Positions 27,698 to 40,539 are shown, counted from the stretch's first letter. The stretch is DNA of 64,000 nucleotides from Neoconidiobolus thromboides FSU 785 (GCA_025603075.1 MU626266.1:124001-188000), one strand, 5' to 3'. The notes: generated from the sequence alone by a model not told the origin. Numbers and translations: made by a program.

Positions 27698-28735
27698 TTA
27701 TATGGATTGTTCTAACTGTGCTCCTGATGTATGATTATTTTCAATAATATTTTCCTGAATATTATTTAAGTTGGTAAGCATTTCGCTTGTATTTATGCTC
27801 AATTGTTGTTGTGGTTGCTCTAATGTATTATTACTTAGAGTCGGTATTAAATTAAACTTACGTTTAATTTTTCTTTTGTCTAATTTATTTAAATGTCTTT
27901 GATCTAAGGTCCAATAACTACCTTTACCAGGTTGATCGTGTTGACGTGGTGCTCTTATAAAGGCTTTATTAACTGATAGGTTATGACGCACCGAATTCCT
28001 CCATACTCCAGTTCTATCTAACTTGAAAAAAGTAAACCTGTTCATCATCCATTCATAAATTTCACTTAACAATAATTGTTGTTTTGGGGATTCTAAGATA
28101 GCACGGGTAATGAGTTGAGGGTACGAATATGGAGGTTTTTTGTCAGATTTATCATCAAAGTTAATACTAGGAAATTGATATAAATCATTATCTTCAAAGT
28201 TATAATATTCATTCACTTGATTATAGAAATTATAGTTATTATAGTTAGTGAGATAGTTATTGAATAATACGCTTTGATTTTGTTGTAACAACAATTGATT
28301 ATAGTAACTATTTTCGTTGTTATTATTTATACTTTCTTCATTATTATTATACTCAGTGCTGTTATTCATTGTAGGGTTCAATAAATTTGGAAATGATTCT
28401 AAAGGTAACGACCAATCAGGTACTAAATTAGTTTGATTGACGGCAGTATCATTAGTTAATAACTGTAAGTTATAATGATACATATCTTGCTCACCACTTT
28501 TCATAAATTGATTATAAAATTGATTCTGATAGTTATTTAATAATAAAGAGTCTAATTCTGGAGAAGCCATTAAATAGTTCATATTGTTATTATAATCATT
28601 ATTTTCAAACCCATAATTCCAGCCATCAACATCAGGTGTAATTGGAAATAAGGGAGATGTATCTACACCAACTTCGTTTGTACTACTACTCATAATATCA
28701 TTGACACTATTGCTTATTGTTGGAATAGCAACCAT
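27698..28735 (-). CDS. Forkhead-box transcription factor, Asn/Gln-rich, no FHA domain seen
   Basis: KPPYSYPQLITRAILESP...LSEIYEWM...WRNSVRHNLSVNKAF...GKGSYWTLD. Confidence 0.95.
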   Translation of the reverse strand: MVAIPTISNSVNDIMSSSTNEVGVDTSPLFPITPDVDGWNYGFENNDYNNNMNYLMASPELDSLLLNNYQNQFYNQFMKSGEQDMYHYNLQLLTNDTAVNQTNLVPDWSLPLESFPNLLNPTMNNSTEYNNNEESINNNNENSYYNQLLLQQNQSVLFNNYLTNYNNYNFYNQVNEYYNFEDNDLYQFPSINFDDKSDKKPPYSYPQLITRAILESPKQQLLLSEIYEWMMNRFTFFKLDRTGVWRNSVRHNLSVNKAFIRAPRQHDQPGKGSYWTLDQRHLNKLDKRKIKRKFNLIPTLSNNTLEQPQQQLSINTSEMLTNLNNIQENIIENNHTSGAQLEQSI

Positions 28736-29952
28736 ATTTTATATATTCTATGTATCAATCTATGTAATAATCTATTTAACACTTATTTGATAAAATATAA
28801 TAATTTATCAAATTTTTTAAATAATAAGGGATTTAAAATCCAGGTATTTAAATAGTTTCAATGGAATTTAAGTTGTACTTTTAAACGTGAAATAAATAGA
28901 AGTTAAGTTAATCTTCTCTTTGTAATGGTTCTTTTTTCATATTTATTTTAACAGTATACTTTTTACTATCATTTTACTCTTTATTAGCATGACTATTTCT
29001 TATTTAAAATAGTTGCCACTTGATTCATAATAACTGCTTCAACGTTAAAATTTTGGTATTAAAAATTCTCACCATATCAAATTCTCATTTTTAGCTTTGA
29101 TTAAAAACATCAATTATTAATTTTCAAAATGTTCAAAATTCTTTGATTTTCTAACTCATTTAAGTTAGTCTCGCTTCACTTGATTGGTCATTAAAATAAC
29201 CGATCACATTTTTAAACGTTATTACTTTTTAATAACTGAAATTATGACTAAACTTTAATAAAATATCTGAAATAGTAATTAATGTAAGCAATATTATTAA
29301 TTTATGTTATTATTAAAAAATGAAAAGTATCTTTATTACAAATTAAGATTTATTAAATTTTTAAAACTTGGATTAACTTCATATGAAAAATATATTATTT
29401 AATTATTAAACTAAGTTAAAATTTATTTTTTTAATTTATTATTAATAGTAATATAATTTTATTATATTATTACAATACTTTTTTAAGATCGATCTATTCA
29501 TTTCGGATCTTGTGGTTTTATTTGATTTGACCCTAAATAAAACAGCAACTATCTTCTAAAAGATGAATGCTACCTAATAATCTATTTAAAATGATACTAA
29601 GTAATCTTGTTTTAAATCGCTTTCAAACCTTTAAATTTTATAAACGGGTATTCTGTAGTGCCTGTATTCCATTTATAATTATATTTTTTTCTTGAACGTT
29701 GATAACTACTTTGGTTCTACCAAATCGGTAGCTTGACCCGAGATTGTAAAAGGCGTTACTACCAGCTAGTATAATTATGCCACATACTACCGTTTCTCTT
29801 TGGAAATTGAGTCTAGCTATCATTTTACAGTAACATAGTTAATGCTTAACATAAAAATCAAAATTAAATAAAATCATTTTTATTATTCTATAATAAGGTC
29901 AATTTATAGCAAACTTAAGTAATGTAACTTTTTATTAAGGCATTAGTAACAC

Positions 29953-30052
29953 TTATAGGGATTTTTGTATTCAAGAATTTTACCAACAATTTTTTCACTC
30001 AAATAGTGCTTAAAAGATGAAAAAAGTAATGTAGCTAAAAACATCCCCATAC
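29953..30052 (+). mobile_element. MITE-A copy 8
   Basis: Consensus match. Confidence 0.85.
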
Positions 30053-30871
30053 AGAGTATCAGGATTATGAAAATAGTTTATAATAAGTAAACTTTAAATT
30101 TTTTTCAAGAGACCCAAAATTTGATGTTGAATAAAACAAATTAAAATTTGTGTAAGGATAGACCCATATAAACTACCGGCTTAGGTTTATGAAAAACATA
30201 AAATGATCCGGCTTCTTCTATTTTATTACTCTTTACTTCAAAAAAAAGAAAAAGTAGTTAAATAATTATTAAATAGCAGTTAATTACTGACTTTTATATC
30301 ATATATTAATATTATTTTACCAACTTACATTTTATTAAATTCACTTTTAGCCATATTAACGAAGATTTGAAATCTCAAATTAATTTTATCATTTTAGTTA
30401 ATACCCTTACATTTAGGAACATTTCTATTTTACATATATAATCATATTGATACAAGTGATCTTTAGAACCCTAAACGGATAACTGCCTTATGCATCTCTT
30501 TCCTCTGTTATTTTACTAACATCTTTCAGTTGAAAAATATTAAATACTCAAAGTTTATTGGTAACCTCATCATGATAATAAATTGTATCCAACCATAAGT
30601 AATAAAATAAATGGGTGTCTTTACCTCCATTTTAGACCTAACTTCACCATAGTATTTTTGATTTGTAATTTTGATTTAATATTATGTAAATTTATTATCA
30701 TTACTATATTTTAATTGAAGACTAAAAGGATATTATTTAACTTTATATGTATAATGATAACTTTGTTTACAATATATATAGCTGATACTTATAAAATTTA
30801 GAAACTTAATCTTTAATTGTATTAATAACTCTCTGATTTTCATTTATTTTTCTATTTTTATTTTATAGGCT

Positions 30872-30997
30872 ATATTGGAATGTCTTTTAAGAACTGCCAA
30901 CAATTTTTCCACTTAAGCACTTAAAATTTCAAAGTAAAATTTGCTAGATCTTTGAAAAAAGTGAGGAATTACTAGTATTTAAAAAAACATTCCTATT
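30872..30997 (+). mobile_element. MITE-A copy 9 (very degenerate or interrupted)
   Basis: caacaatttttccacttaagcacttaaaa core; weak termini. Confidence 0.45.
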
Positions 30998-31671
30998 TAA
31001 TAATGTTAATGTAATCATTATATAAAAGGTTTTAAAGGATTGGTTTTAATTTTCCTATTTTATAGCCTCTCCCACTTTAAAAAATTAAATTGTTAAATTT
31101 AAAATGAAAATGTCTGTACATCAAATAGTTTTTATCATATAAATCAACTTGTGATAATAGTATATGATTAACATAGTCGATTATTGTCATTCAAAGAAAT
31201 GGAAAGATTTTAACAAGAACAAAAGGTCAGCTAATAATATAAAACAAATATAATAATAAATTTGTTAAGTAAAATCATAAGAAAGGCCTTCAGTATTTAT
31301 GATTTTCAAAAAAACATTTATCAAAATTAACAGGAGATCGCTAACGCGTAAATAGCTATAAATAATAAACACTATAAATAGTATAAATAGACAGACTTAA
31401 ATAGAATAAGTAATAGTACTAATACCTTTGAGTCATAAGGAATAAAACTTAAATTATAAAAGCATAAAAGTCATATATTTTATTGTAAATAATAATAATA
31501 ATTAATGATTTAACAAATAGTGACTTAAAAATCAATAACTCGGTTTAATTTGTATTGTTTTTTGAAATGGATCATATTAAGTATATGTTTAAAGTTTTGA
31601 TAATGTTTATTCTATTAGGACGACAATATGGTAAATGAAAAGCTATATTTGCAATGTAAATTGGTACTGCT

Positions 31672-31758
31672 ACTAAGAATTTTACTAATAACCTTTCTGG
31701 TCAAATAGCGCTTAAAGAATGAAAAAAGTAGTGAAATCAAAAAAAGGCATCCTCAATT
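31672..31758 (+). mobile_element. MITE-A copy 10 (5' truncated)
   Basis: aagaattttactaat...caaatagcgcttaaa...catcctc. Confidence 0.75.
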
Positions 31759-32310
31759 ATCATTAAGTGCTTTGAACTTTATAAAACGAAAATTGAATAA
31801 TAATGTAAAAGCTTGAATATCATTTATTTAGATTTAAATGCCCTCATTAATGACATATTCCCTTTAGTTTGGATTTATTATCATCAAAGATGTTATCTAA
31901 GGTCACTACTATAAACGGAATAGTTTAAACTATATTGCATAGCATTATTTAAGATATTATATAAATCTTTATTTAATAAATCTAAATCTGAAAAGCCTTC
32001 TAGTTTCATTAATTCAAATATTTGATAATTTTTCAAATTTTAATGACATTCTGAAATAAAATAAAGTTTCAATTTTCTTTTTATATTATCTTTTATAAGA
32101 GAGTTTCATAAAAATTTCATAAAACATTATTTGAATAAAAACAACAATTTGAAAACCATTATTAAATAACAAAGTAGGATTTACTATACAGATATTGCTA
32201 CTTTTATATTAAATGAGTTAGGCTAAATAATATCAAAAGTCTAATATATAATGAAAACCAAATGAATATTGATTTATAGAATTAATCCAGGTTGAACAAT
32301 ATAAGTAAAT

Positions 32311-32416
32311 AAATATGAATGTTTTTTTGATTTCATTACTTTTTCTATTTTTTGAGCGTTATTTGAGCGGAAAGATTGTTAGTAAAATTCTTGAACAAAA
32401 AAATACATCTCTATAT
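32311..32416 (-). mobile_element. MITE-A copy 11
   Basis: Consensus match. Confidence 0.87.
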
Positions 32417-33079
32417 CTGTCATGTTTTACTGAAATTAAAAGTTATAATTTCAATCTATCAATTATTAAATGACATACTATACTAATATTGTATGTGATT
32501 CAGATACAGTCAGTGGTATTTTTTGCCTTCCGCCAATTGCTTTTCAATGTCAGAAAATTTAAATACTATTGAGATTATATCAACATCAATTGATTTTAAA
32601 ATTTCAAAGTTTTAAAATTACTAATTCCGTTAAGATTATATTTAATCATAGCACATTTCAAAAAGTTCTAAGTTGAAAAATTTCAAGTTTGATACCTTGA
32701 TCCATATAACATTGAACACTGTATTATGGTTTACTTTTTGACACTGCTTCTGATTTTATTTAGCCACTTTGAAAACGCTTAGGCTTCTATCCTAAACAAT
32801 ATAAACACTTACAATAACTTTTAATAAACATTACCTTAAAATTAAACATTTTAATTCTAATGTTTTATTTCCTTATTTGTAATGTTACTAATAAAAGAAC
32901 CTTTCAAAGTAACATGGAAAGCTTTAATATTAACAAAATTTTAAGGCCAAGTCCAATCAATTGAAATTTTCAAAAATAAATCAACGAAATAATCGGCAAA
33001 AAGGTAAAATATTATTGGTTTAAAGGGATGACTTTTTTCAAAGAATATCTGAACAATTGGATTAGCTGATCCAATTAAA

Positions 33080-33096
33080 GCGCGTCCTTTACGCGT
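33080..33096. promoter_or_regulatory. Tandem MCB-like boxes (GCGCGT 33080, ACGCGT 33091)
   Basis: Two CGCG cores 11 bp apart, about 70-85 bp before ATG 33166. Confidence 0.4.
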
Positions 33097-33165
33097 TAAA
33101 GGATAAGTAGAAACCCAACTTCAATTTCATAATTGAAATTTTAAGTTTTGATTTTTTATAATAAA

Positions 33166-34959
33166 ATGGCTACTTGGAGTCCAAAGGAAGATATCATTGA
33201 TTTAATAGTAAAACAATAACAATTGCAATATCAAACTCAATTAATAACTAAACGCTTTAGGGAATATTAAAAGATAGAACCCTTCACTCAGATTATGACG
33301 GAAATGTTTACGATTTGGATAGTAATAAAGAAGATAATTTGGTGGAAGAAAAAGATTCTAATGAGGATTCAAGGTAAAAAAAATAGCTCAATGATAGAAT
33401 GAGGTTAATAAGTGAAAAATTAGCGACAGTTTAGCAATGATTAGAAAAAGTAATGTATTTGGTGAAGATATTAGTGAAAAAGAGAAAGAACTTATTGAAC
33501 AGAGAGTATCTTTACAAAAGAAAAAAGTAAGCATTGTAATTTGTTTTATTTTGTTTTATCTTATTAACTATTATATAGTTCCAAGAATTTGAAAGAAAAG
33601 AATTTGAAAAAAAATCCATAAAGATTCGAGCAGTTTATGATTTTTTACATGATAGTGAAATCAAAAAAGCATTGAAAGACAATTTTTACGATGAGGTAAT
33701 CTAATATCGTAGCCAATATTTAATCTCATAGTCGTGATAGAGTGAAGTTATTGCTCAATTCTCCGAACCTGGTTATTTACAAAAAATTAGAAAATCTCTT
33801 GCTCAAGTGGAATCTAATGAACACAAAGGTAGTCTTAGTTATTATATAAAGAAAATACTTAAACACTTTAACAGCATTTCTTACTCGAGAACAGGCTGAT
33901 GCTTATGATAATCTAATGGAAAAAAGATCCAAAAATAGCAATAAAAAGAGTAAAAATGAAGGGTGAATTTATTTCAGTTTAGATATTCGTCAAATTACTA
34001 ATAAGAAATAAAGTCCAAGTCATATTCATACAGTTGGCAGATTAGCTCTCGATAAAGCTCTAGAACAAATGAAAATTGACCCAAATGAAGCCATGAAGGG
34101 TTGGTCATTAGCTCGTATTAATGCTTATAAAAATTTAAAATCCAATCCCAATGTTTATTATTATCGCTTTAATGCCCCTGGTGAAGAACAAAGGACAGGT
34201 GCTTGGACTAAAGTAGTGTTATAAGTTCATATTTTTATATTTTTTGTTAATTATGTTTTAGGAAGAACGTAAATTATTTTTTGATAGGTTAAAAGAAGTT
34301 GGTGCTAATGGTCAATGGGGTTTATTTTCAATGACTATTCCAGGTAGAGTTGGATATCAAGTAAGTTAATCAAATTAATATTGTAAGTAGATTGATTTGA
34401 TTACTTTAGTGTTCAAATTTTTATCGTCTACTTGTTAAAAATAAAGAAGTTAATGATCCAAATTATGTAGTTGAAAATGGAAAAGTAAGGTATTTGTTTT
34501 CAACTAAACAAAAAGATGAAAGCGGAGAAGTACAAAAAGCATTTCGTTCTCATTCCAAGCATATTGTTAGGAATGGTAATTTTAATCTCTTTTTTAATTT
34601 TACTATGTTAATCTTATGATTATATTAGGTAATAGTGATCTCAATATTAAATCAAAATCACGTAAGAAGAGGGGAAAGAAATCTAATAGTTCAGATAATG
34701 AGTCAACTTCAGATGATGAATTTATCATTGACTATAAACCAAAAAGAACAGTATTTGAAAGGACTTTAAATAGAAGTAAAATTAAAACAACTTCATCTAA
34801 CGACGGTTCCAATACTAATAATGAAGATGATATAATGGAAGATGATGATTTTGATCAACAAGAGGATTTTGATAACCCATTACCTGGTTTTATTGATCCA
34901 ATTACTTTAGATCAAGTAGTTCAGCCTGCTATTTCTCCTTATGGTCATGTGATGGGGTA

Positions 34960-34994
<35 letters not shown>

Positions 34995-35204
34995 GTATTA
35001 ATTATTATAGTTATGCTAATTGGGTACAATGTTTAACTTCAGAAGGTAGTAAAAATACCTGTCCGCTAACTAAACAACATTTAACTAAAAGAGATTTGGT
35101 TATACTTACTCTTGATAATATTCATGAGTATAGGTAAATCATTAATTAACTTTATATTTATAAGTTGTTAATATTTTTTTAGAGATAAAATCGTAAATAA
35201 ATAA
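33166..35204 (+). CDS. Myb/SANT-like domain protein with C-terminal U-box/RING-like domain, about 11 exons
   Basis: Spliced: GWSLARINAYKNLKSNPNVYYYRFNAPGEEQRTGAWTK|EERKLFFDRLKEVGANGQWGLFSMTIPGRVGYQ|CSNFYRLL, then FIDPITLDQVVQPAISPYGHVMG|YANWVQCL...CPLTKQHLTKRDL. Confidence 0.8.
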
Positions 35205-35465
35205 TTTATTCCTAATATGATATAGCTTCATAATTAGCTATTAAATAAAAAGTTATATCTTAACTATATAAATACAAGTATTATCTAATCAAATGAATTA
35301 TTGTTACTATTATTATATATTTTAAACTATTAGTTTAAATAAAATTGTAAATAGAATACTTAAAAACAAAATTTATTAAATGGTAATTTTACTATTATAA
35401 ACTTATAAATTCAATAGTTAAATCATAAGTTATTTTATTCTACTATTTGGTCTAAAGATACTATT

Positions 35466-36891
35466 TTACTCATAAATCTTACTTACCACACCAGTACCAA
35501 CTGTTTTACCACCTTCACGGATAGTAAATCTAAGACCTTCTTCAATGGCAATTTCATGAAGTAATTCAACATCCATTGTAACGTTATCACCTGGCATAAC
35601 CATTTTTTCATCAGCATCTTCAGTACCTTCAGGATGGCGGAGGATAGCAGTGACATCAGTAGTGCGTACAAATAATTGTGGACGATAATTGTTAACGAAA
35701 GGAGTATGACGACCACCTTCTTCTTTAGTAAGAATATAAAGTTGAGTTTGGAATTTAGTATGTGGTTTAATGGAACCTGGTGCACAAATAACCTGTCCAC
35801 GGGATAATTGTTCACGTTTAACACCACGGAGTAAAGCTCCCATATTATCTCCTGCCATACCCTTTTCTAAACTTTTATGGAACATTTCAATACCAGTTAA
35901 AGTAGTTTTAAGATGTTGTCCATAACCAATAATTTCGACTTCAGAACCTTTAGTAACAGTTCCTCTTTCTACTCTACCAGTAGCAACAGTACCACGACCA
36001 GAAATAGAAAACACATCTTCAATTGGCATTAAAAATGGTTTATCAAGGTCACGCTCTGGGGTTGGGATAAAGGAATCAACAGCAGCCATTAATTTAGTAA
36101 TAGCTTCTTTACCAATTTCATCACTACGACCTTCTAAAGCACATAAAGCAGAACCTTGAACAATTGGAGTATTATCACCATCAAAACCATAATGAGATAA
36201 AAGTTCACGCATCTCCATTTCAACTAACTCTAACATCTCTGGATCATCAATAGCATCTACTTTGTTAATAAATACGACTAAATTTTTAACACCAACTTGT
36301 TTAGCTAATAATAAATGTTCTCTAGTTTGTGGCATTTGACCATCAGTAGCTGAAACAACAATAATAGCTCCATCCATTTGAGCAGCACCAGTAATCATAT
36401 TTTTAATATAATCAGCATGACCTGGACAATCAACATGAGCATAATGACGGTTATTAGTTTCATACTCAACGTGGGCAGTTGAAATAGTAATACCACGGGC
36501 TTTTTCTTCAGGTGCTTTATCAATTTCACTATAATCTCTGAATTTGGCTTGTCCAGCTTCAGCTAGGCATTTAGTAATAGCAGCAGTTAATGTGGTTTTT
36601 CCATGATCGACATGACCAATGGTACCAATGTTGACATGTGGTTTATCACGGTTAAAAACATCAGAGTAAAAACGAACTAGATTTTTAAATAAATATTTTT
36701 TAGCAAATAAATAAAATAATGAAAAACTTACCAAAAGAGCTAGTTACTGAAGCATCTTTTACAAGAAGCTAGAAAATTTCCTTTAATAAATTTAAGATTT
36801 AAAATTCAAGTAATTTACTTACATTCTTATAATTTAAACCACGAGATACTGAAGTAAGTTTACTAAGTTGACGAACACCAGTTAAAATCAT
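35466..36891 (-). CDS. TUF1: Mitochondrial elongation factor Tu
   Basis: Exons 36891-36823, 36768-36732, 36676-35466; targeting peptide, [31 protein letters not shown]. Confidence 0.97.
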
Positions 36892-38507
36892 ATTGGATAT
36901 ACTGTTCTTTTTCTATTGATTTCAAAGATTCGATTTTTTTTAAATTCTCAATTTGGTTAATCATTTTTAGGATCATTATATGCGGATGTTTAATGGGATC
37001 TTTTGGGTTATCTTTGAGTTTTCATTGGCTACCAAAGGATTTCGAAATTTGAAATTTGTTAGAACATAATTAACAAATGGAATTTTATATAACTTTAAGT
37101 CCACAAAGTACAATTAACCTCTCTGAAAATGCGGAAGTTGACCTCAAGAGTCTCAAAAAACAATTGAAATGTTATAACTTCTAGATTACAAAATAAGCTA
37201 TTTTGGATCGCTTTAGATAATGCGTTCAATGTTACATCCAATACTGATATCAGAACAAAAGGATATAACTTGATACGCCATAAAGAAGTATCGAAATTTA
37301 GAATGGCATCATCAGATGAAATTCAGTAATTAAACAAACAGTCTAAAGATAAAGTGTTTTAAGAAAGAATGGATCACTTGCACCATATTACAAATAAAAG
37401 CACAGTTGGTAGCAAACTTGATGGTCATGGAAGGAACGGAAGTTACTGAAGAGGAAAAACACTCTGAGATAAGATTCGCAAATTAGAATATAAGCTCAAA
37501 TTCATTAAATCATCTAATGAAGGTTAGTAAATTTTAAATGAAGCTTGTTTGCTATCAAAATCTAAAATGCTTGCTATCAATTTAATATTTTTAATAGTAT
37601 TTTAGTAATATCAATAAAAAAGTTTTATACATTATAGTTGAGATTAAAATTAAAATCAAATAAGTAAAAGACCAAGATGTTTATTTGATACTGATATATA
37701 ATAATTTAAGGAGCGTATTTATGTTAGACATTAGGCTGCTTATAAATTCAACCAAGCCAACATTGGGGTTTCGTTTGGTTTATTATAATCTCTTTTGTTT
37801 ATATTGGGCGTAATAAGGGTAACAAGCAATAAAGGAGTGATAGATTTAAAATCGTATCCATATTTATATCTCTTAGACCAAAGCCCTTAATTTTAATGAT
37901 TTCAAGGTTTGGAGAGAAAAACAAAAAGTAAGAAATTCAGTAAGTAAAACCGAAAAGCTTCATTAATTGTAACTCGGTTTGTGAATTTAAACTGACAAAA
38001 ATTGTACAGTAATACAATTAGGTTTACTTTTATCTAAATCAATCTCTATTATAAAATTATTAAAGGTATATCTAGATCTTCTATATCAAAGTAAACTATT
38101 TTTAATGTTGATAAATTAAAAAAGCTGTAATCAATCTAGTTTGGATTTAAAAAACTAAAATCACTTAATTTAATAATACTACTGCATTTGGATCATACGT
38201 AAAAATCTATCAGCTTGACAACTTTCTACATACGATTCCTACTTTTTATCAAATAGGCGTCGTTATTATCTGTTCCAAAAAGGTAATCATAAATATCAAT
38301 CAGTTCAATACTTCCCAATTTTTTAAAATCACCGAAACATCTAATATCAAAATTACTACTTGAATCACTTTTAATTATTAAGTTTAATTTTGGGGCGAAG
38401 ATAATACTCAGATCAAACTCGGTAGGCGCAAAGAAACTTTCATATGAATGGAAACACAGCTATTTTAAGTTAATAAACTCCATTTTGGTTTTGTCAGAAT
38501 TTTTAAG

Positions 38508-38612
38508 ATATGGAGATGTATTTTTTTGCTTAATAATTTTACTAACAATCTCTCCGCTCAAATAGCGCTTAAAAATGGAAAGTAATAAAACCAAAAAAAA
38601 ATAGCCCCATAT
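38508..38612 (+). mobile_element. MITE-A copy 12
   Basis: ATAT/ATAT. Confidence 0.92.
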
Positions 38613-38729
38613 ATCCTATCATTAAAATACATTGAGATTGGTTTAATTTTATTTGGAGTTTAATATTTAATCCAATTATTTGCTTTACTAGTATAAGTAT
38701 CGGTTTTCAAGGCTTTAGTTTGATTCAAA

Positions 38730-38836
38730 TAATGGGGATGTATTTTTGTATTTAAGAATTTTACTAACAAACTCTCCACTCAAATAGCGCTTAAAAAATG
38801 GAAAAAATAATGAAGTCAAAAAAAGCACTCCCTAAT
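38730..38836 (+). mobile_element. MITE-A copy 13
   Basis: Exact TAAT/TAAT flanks. Confidence 0.92.
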
Positions 38837-38880
38837 CCTTAAATAAATCTATTGTTTATGAACATTCTTCGCCTAAATTG

Positions 38881-39072
38881 CACTATTTCACTTGTTTACA
38901 CATACAAAAAAACGAACATTTTCCAATAAAAGGTTTGCCATTCAATCGGAATTTTTTTTACGCATCCTTATAAATATAAAATTTAGCCTTGAGTTTACAT
39001 GAAATTATGCAATTTTTTTATTGCAAAATATTTTTTTTTTTGTAAAGTGTGTAAACATAAGTGAAAATACTG
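38881..39072. mobile_element. MITE-D, Tc1/mariner-like TIR element, about 190 bp
   Basis: Left cactatttcacttgtttacacatacaaaaaaa vs reverse complement of right end cagtattttcacttatgtttacacactttacaaaaaaa; right flank TA, left flank TG. Confidence 0.65.
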
Positions 39073-39259
39073 TATATATGAACAACTTTATTAATTTTAG
39101 CAGCTTGATATTTATTCTATTATAAATATTAAATATTCATATAATTGATTATATTTTTATGTGTTATAAACGTTTTGTTTTAACTTTGTTTTATAGAATT
39201 TTTAAATTTCTTATTTCCATTTTTTATATTTTTGCTAATTTTTACAGGTTATATTTAAT

Positions 39260-39360
39260 ATATGGGAATGTTTTTTTAGTTTCCTCACTTTTTTCATTTT
39301 AAGACGCTATTTAAGTGGAAAAGTTACTAGTAAAATCCTTAAAAAAATGCATCCCCATGT
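39260..39360 (-). mobile_element. MITE-A copy 14
   Basis: ATAT/ATGT. Confidence 0.87.
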
Positions 39361-39775
39361 ATCAAGTAAATTATTTTATATTTAATAATTTTGTTTATGA
39401 TATTAGTTGAATGCTTGTTTAAATAAATATAGTCATTCCAATATTATAACTTAAACTTATTGTAAATATAAAAGTTATTAAAAGTTTTATATTTTAATTA
39501 AAAACAATATAAAATAATATATAAAAATATGTATTTTTATTTAAGAATTCTATTAATGGCTTTTTATTAAACAATGTCCAAACAATAAAAAAACGAGAAA
39601 TTTACAAAAAATGTTTTTATATTTATATAAATCAATTTAAACAAAAATGTTTTAAAATTAACTTAAATTTCTAACAGCCTTGAGTTGGTTAACAAACCAA
39701 TATAAGTTACAAAAGCTAATCTCATAATTTATATCCCAGTTATTTAAATAACTGTTATATTTAATTTTTTTTATT

Positions 39776-39881
39776 ATATGGGGCTGTTTTTTTTAATTTC
39801 ATTATTTTTCCGTTTTTTAAGCACTATTTGAGTGGAAAATTTGTTAGTAAAATTCTTAAACACAAAAATACATCCTCATAT
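39776..39881 (-). mobile_element. MITE-A copy 15
   Basis: ATAT/ATAT. Confidence 0.92.
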
Positions 39882-40041
39882 ATTAGTATTATTATTTTAT
39901 ATAATTTGTAATTAAATATCTTATATTTATAAACTACAGTCTATTTTAATTATATAAATCAAAACTTATAAGCCATTAGCTTCATTTAAGATTATAATGC
40001 TGTATAAATAATTATTCTTATTTAAAATACAATATTTTATT

Positions 40042-40133
40042 ATATAAAGATATGTTTTTTATTTAATATTCTTTCTACTTAAATAGCGCTTAAAAATAGA
40101 AAAAGTGATAAAACTAAAAGAACATCCTTATAT
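40042..40133 (+). mobile_element. MITE-A copy 16 (internal deletion)
   Basis: aaatagcgcttaaaaatagaaaaagtgat core; ATAT/ATAT. Confidence 0.75.
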
Positions 40134-40382
40134 AATTAAGGTTTAACTTTATATTTTTAGTTTTTTATCATAAAAGTTTACTTTTTTTTTTATATATGTT
40201 GAATAATATTTTATACAAATACTCATTCTTTTCTTTATGTTATCATTATATTATTATTAATATAGCTTTATGCTTTATTAAATAGCCTTTTTTGTATTTT
40301 GTGTGTTTTTTTAACAAGTTGAAACTTCTTTTTAATTTTAAGCTTTTTATAATTAATATAAAATAAACAAGCTTTAAGCATT

Positions 40383-40489
40383 ATATGGGGATGTATTTTT
40401 GTGTTCAAGAATTTTACTAACAGTTTTTCCGCTCAAATAGTGCTTAAAAGATGGAAAAAGTAATGAAACCAAAAAAAACACCTCCATAT
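40383..40489 (+). mobile_element. MITE-A copy 17
   Basis: Near consensus; ATAT/ATAT. Confidence 0.93.
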
Positions 40490-40539
40490 GAGGATATCCG
40501 GAATTGGTTTTATTTTTTTACTCAATTTTTGATGATTTT

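Noticed and set aside
29638-29823. 61-aa minus-strand ORF
   Set aside because: No recognisable family, non-ATG-supported context, could be a relic fragment
31344-31349. Third ACGCGT
   Set aside because: No gene start nearby; consistent with chance occurrence
37070-37530. Coding-like stretch divergent from TUF1 (LFWIALDNAFNV...GSKLDGHGRNGSY)
   Set aside because: Several stops, no consistent splice model, no family recognised; at most an unidentifiable relic
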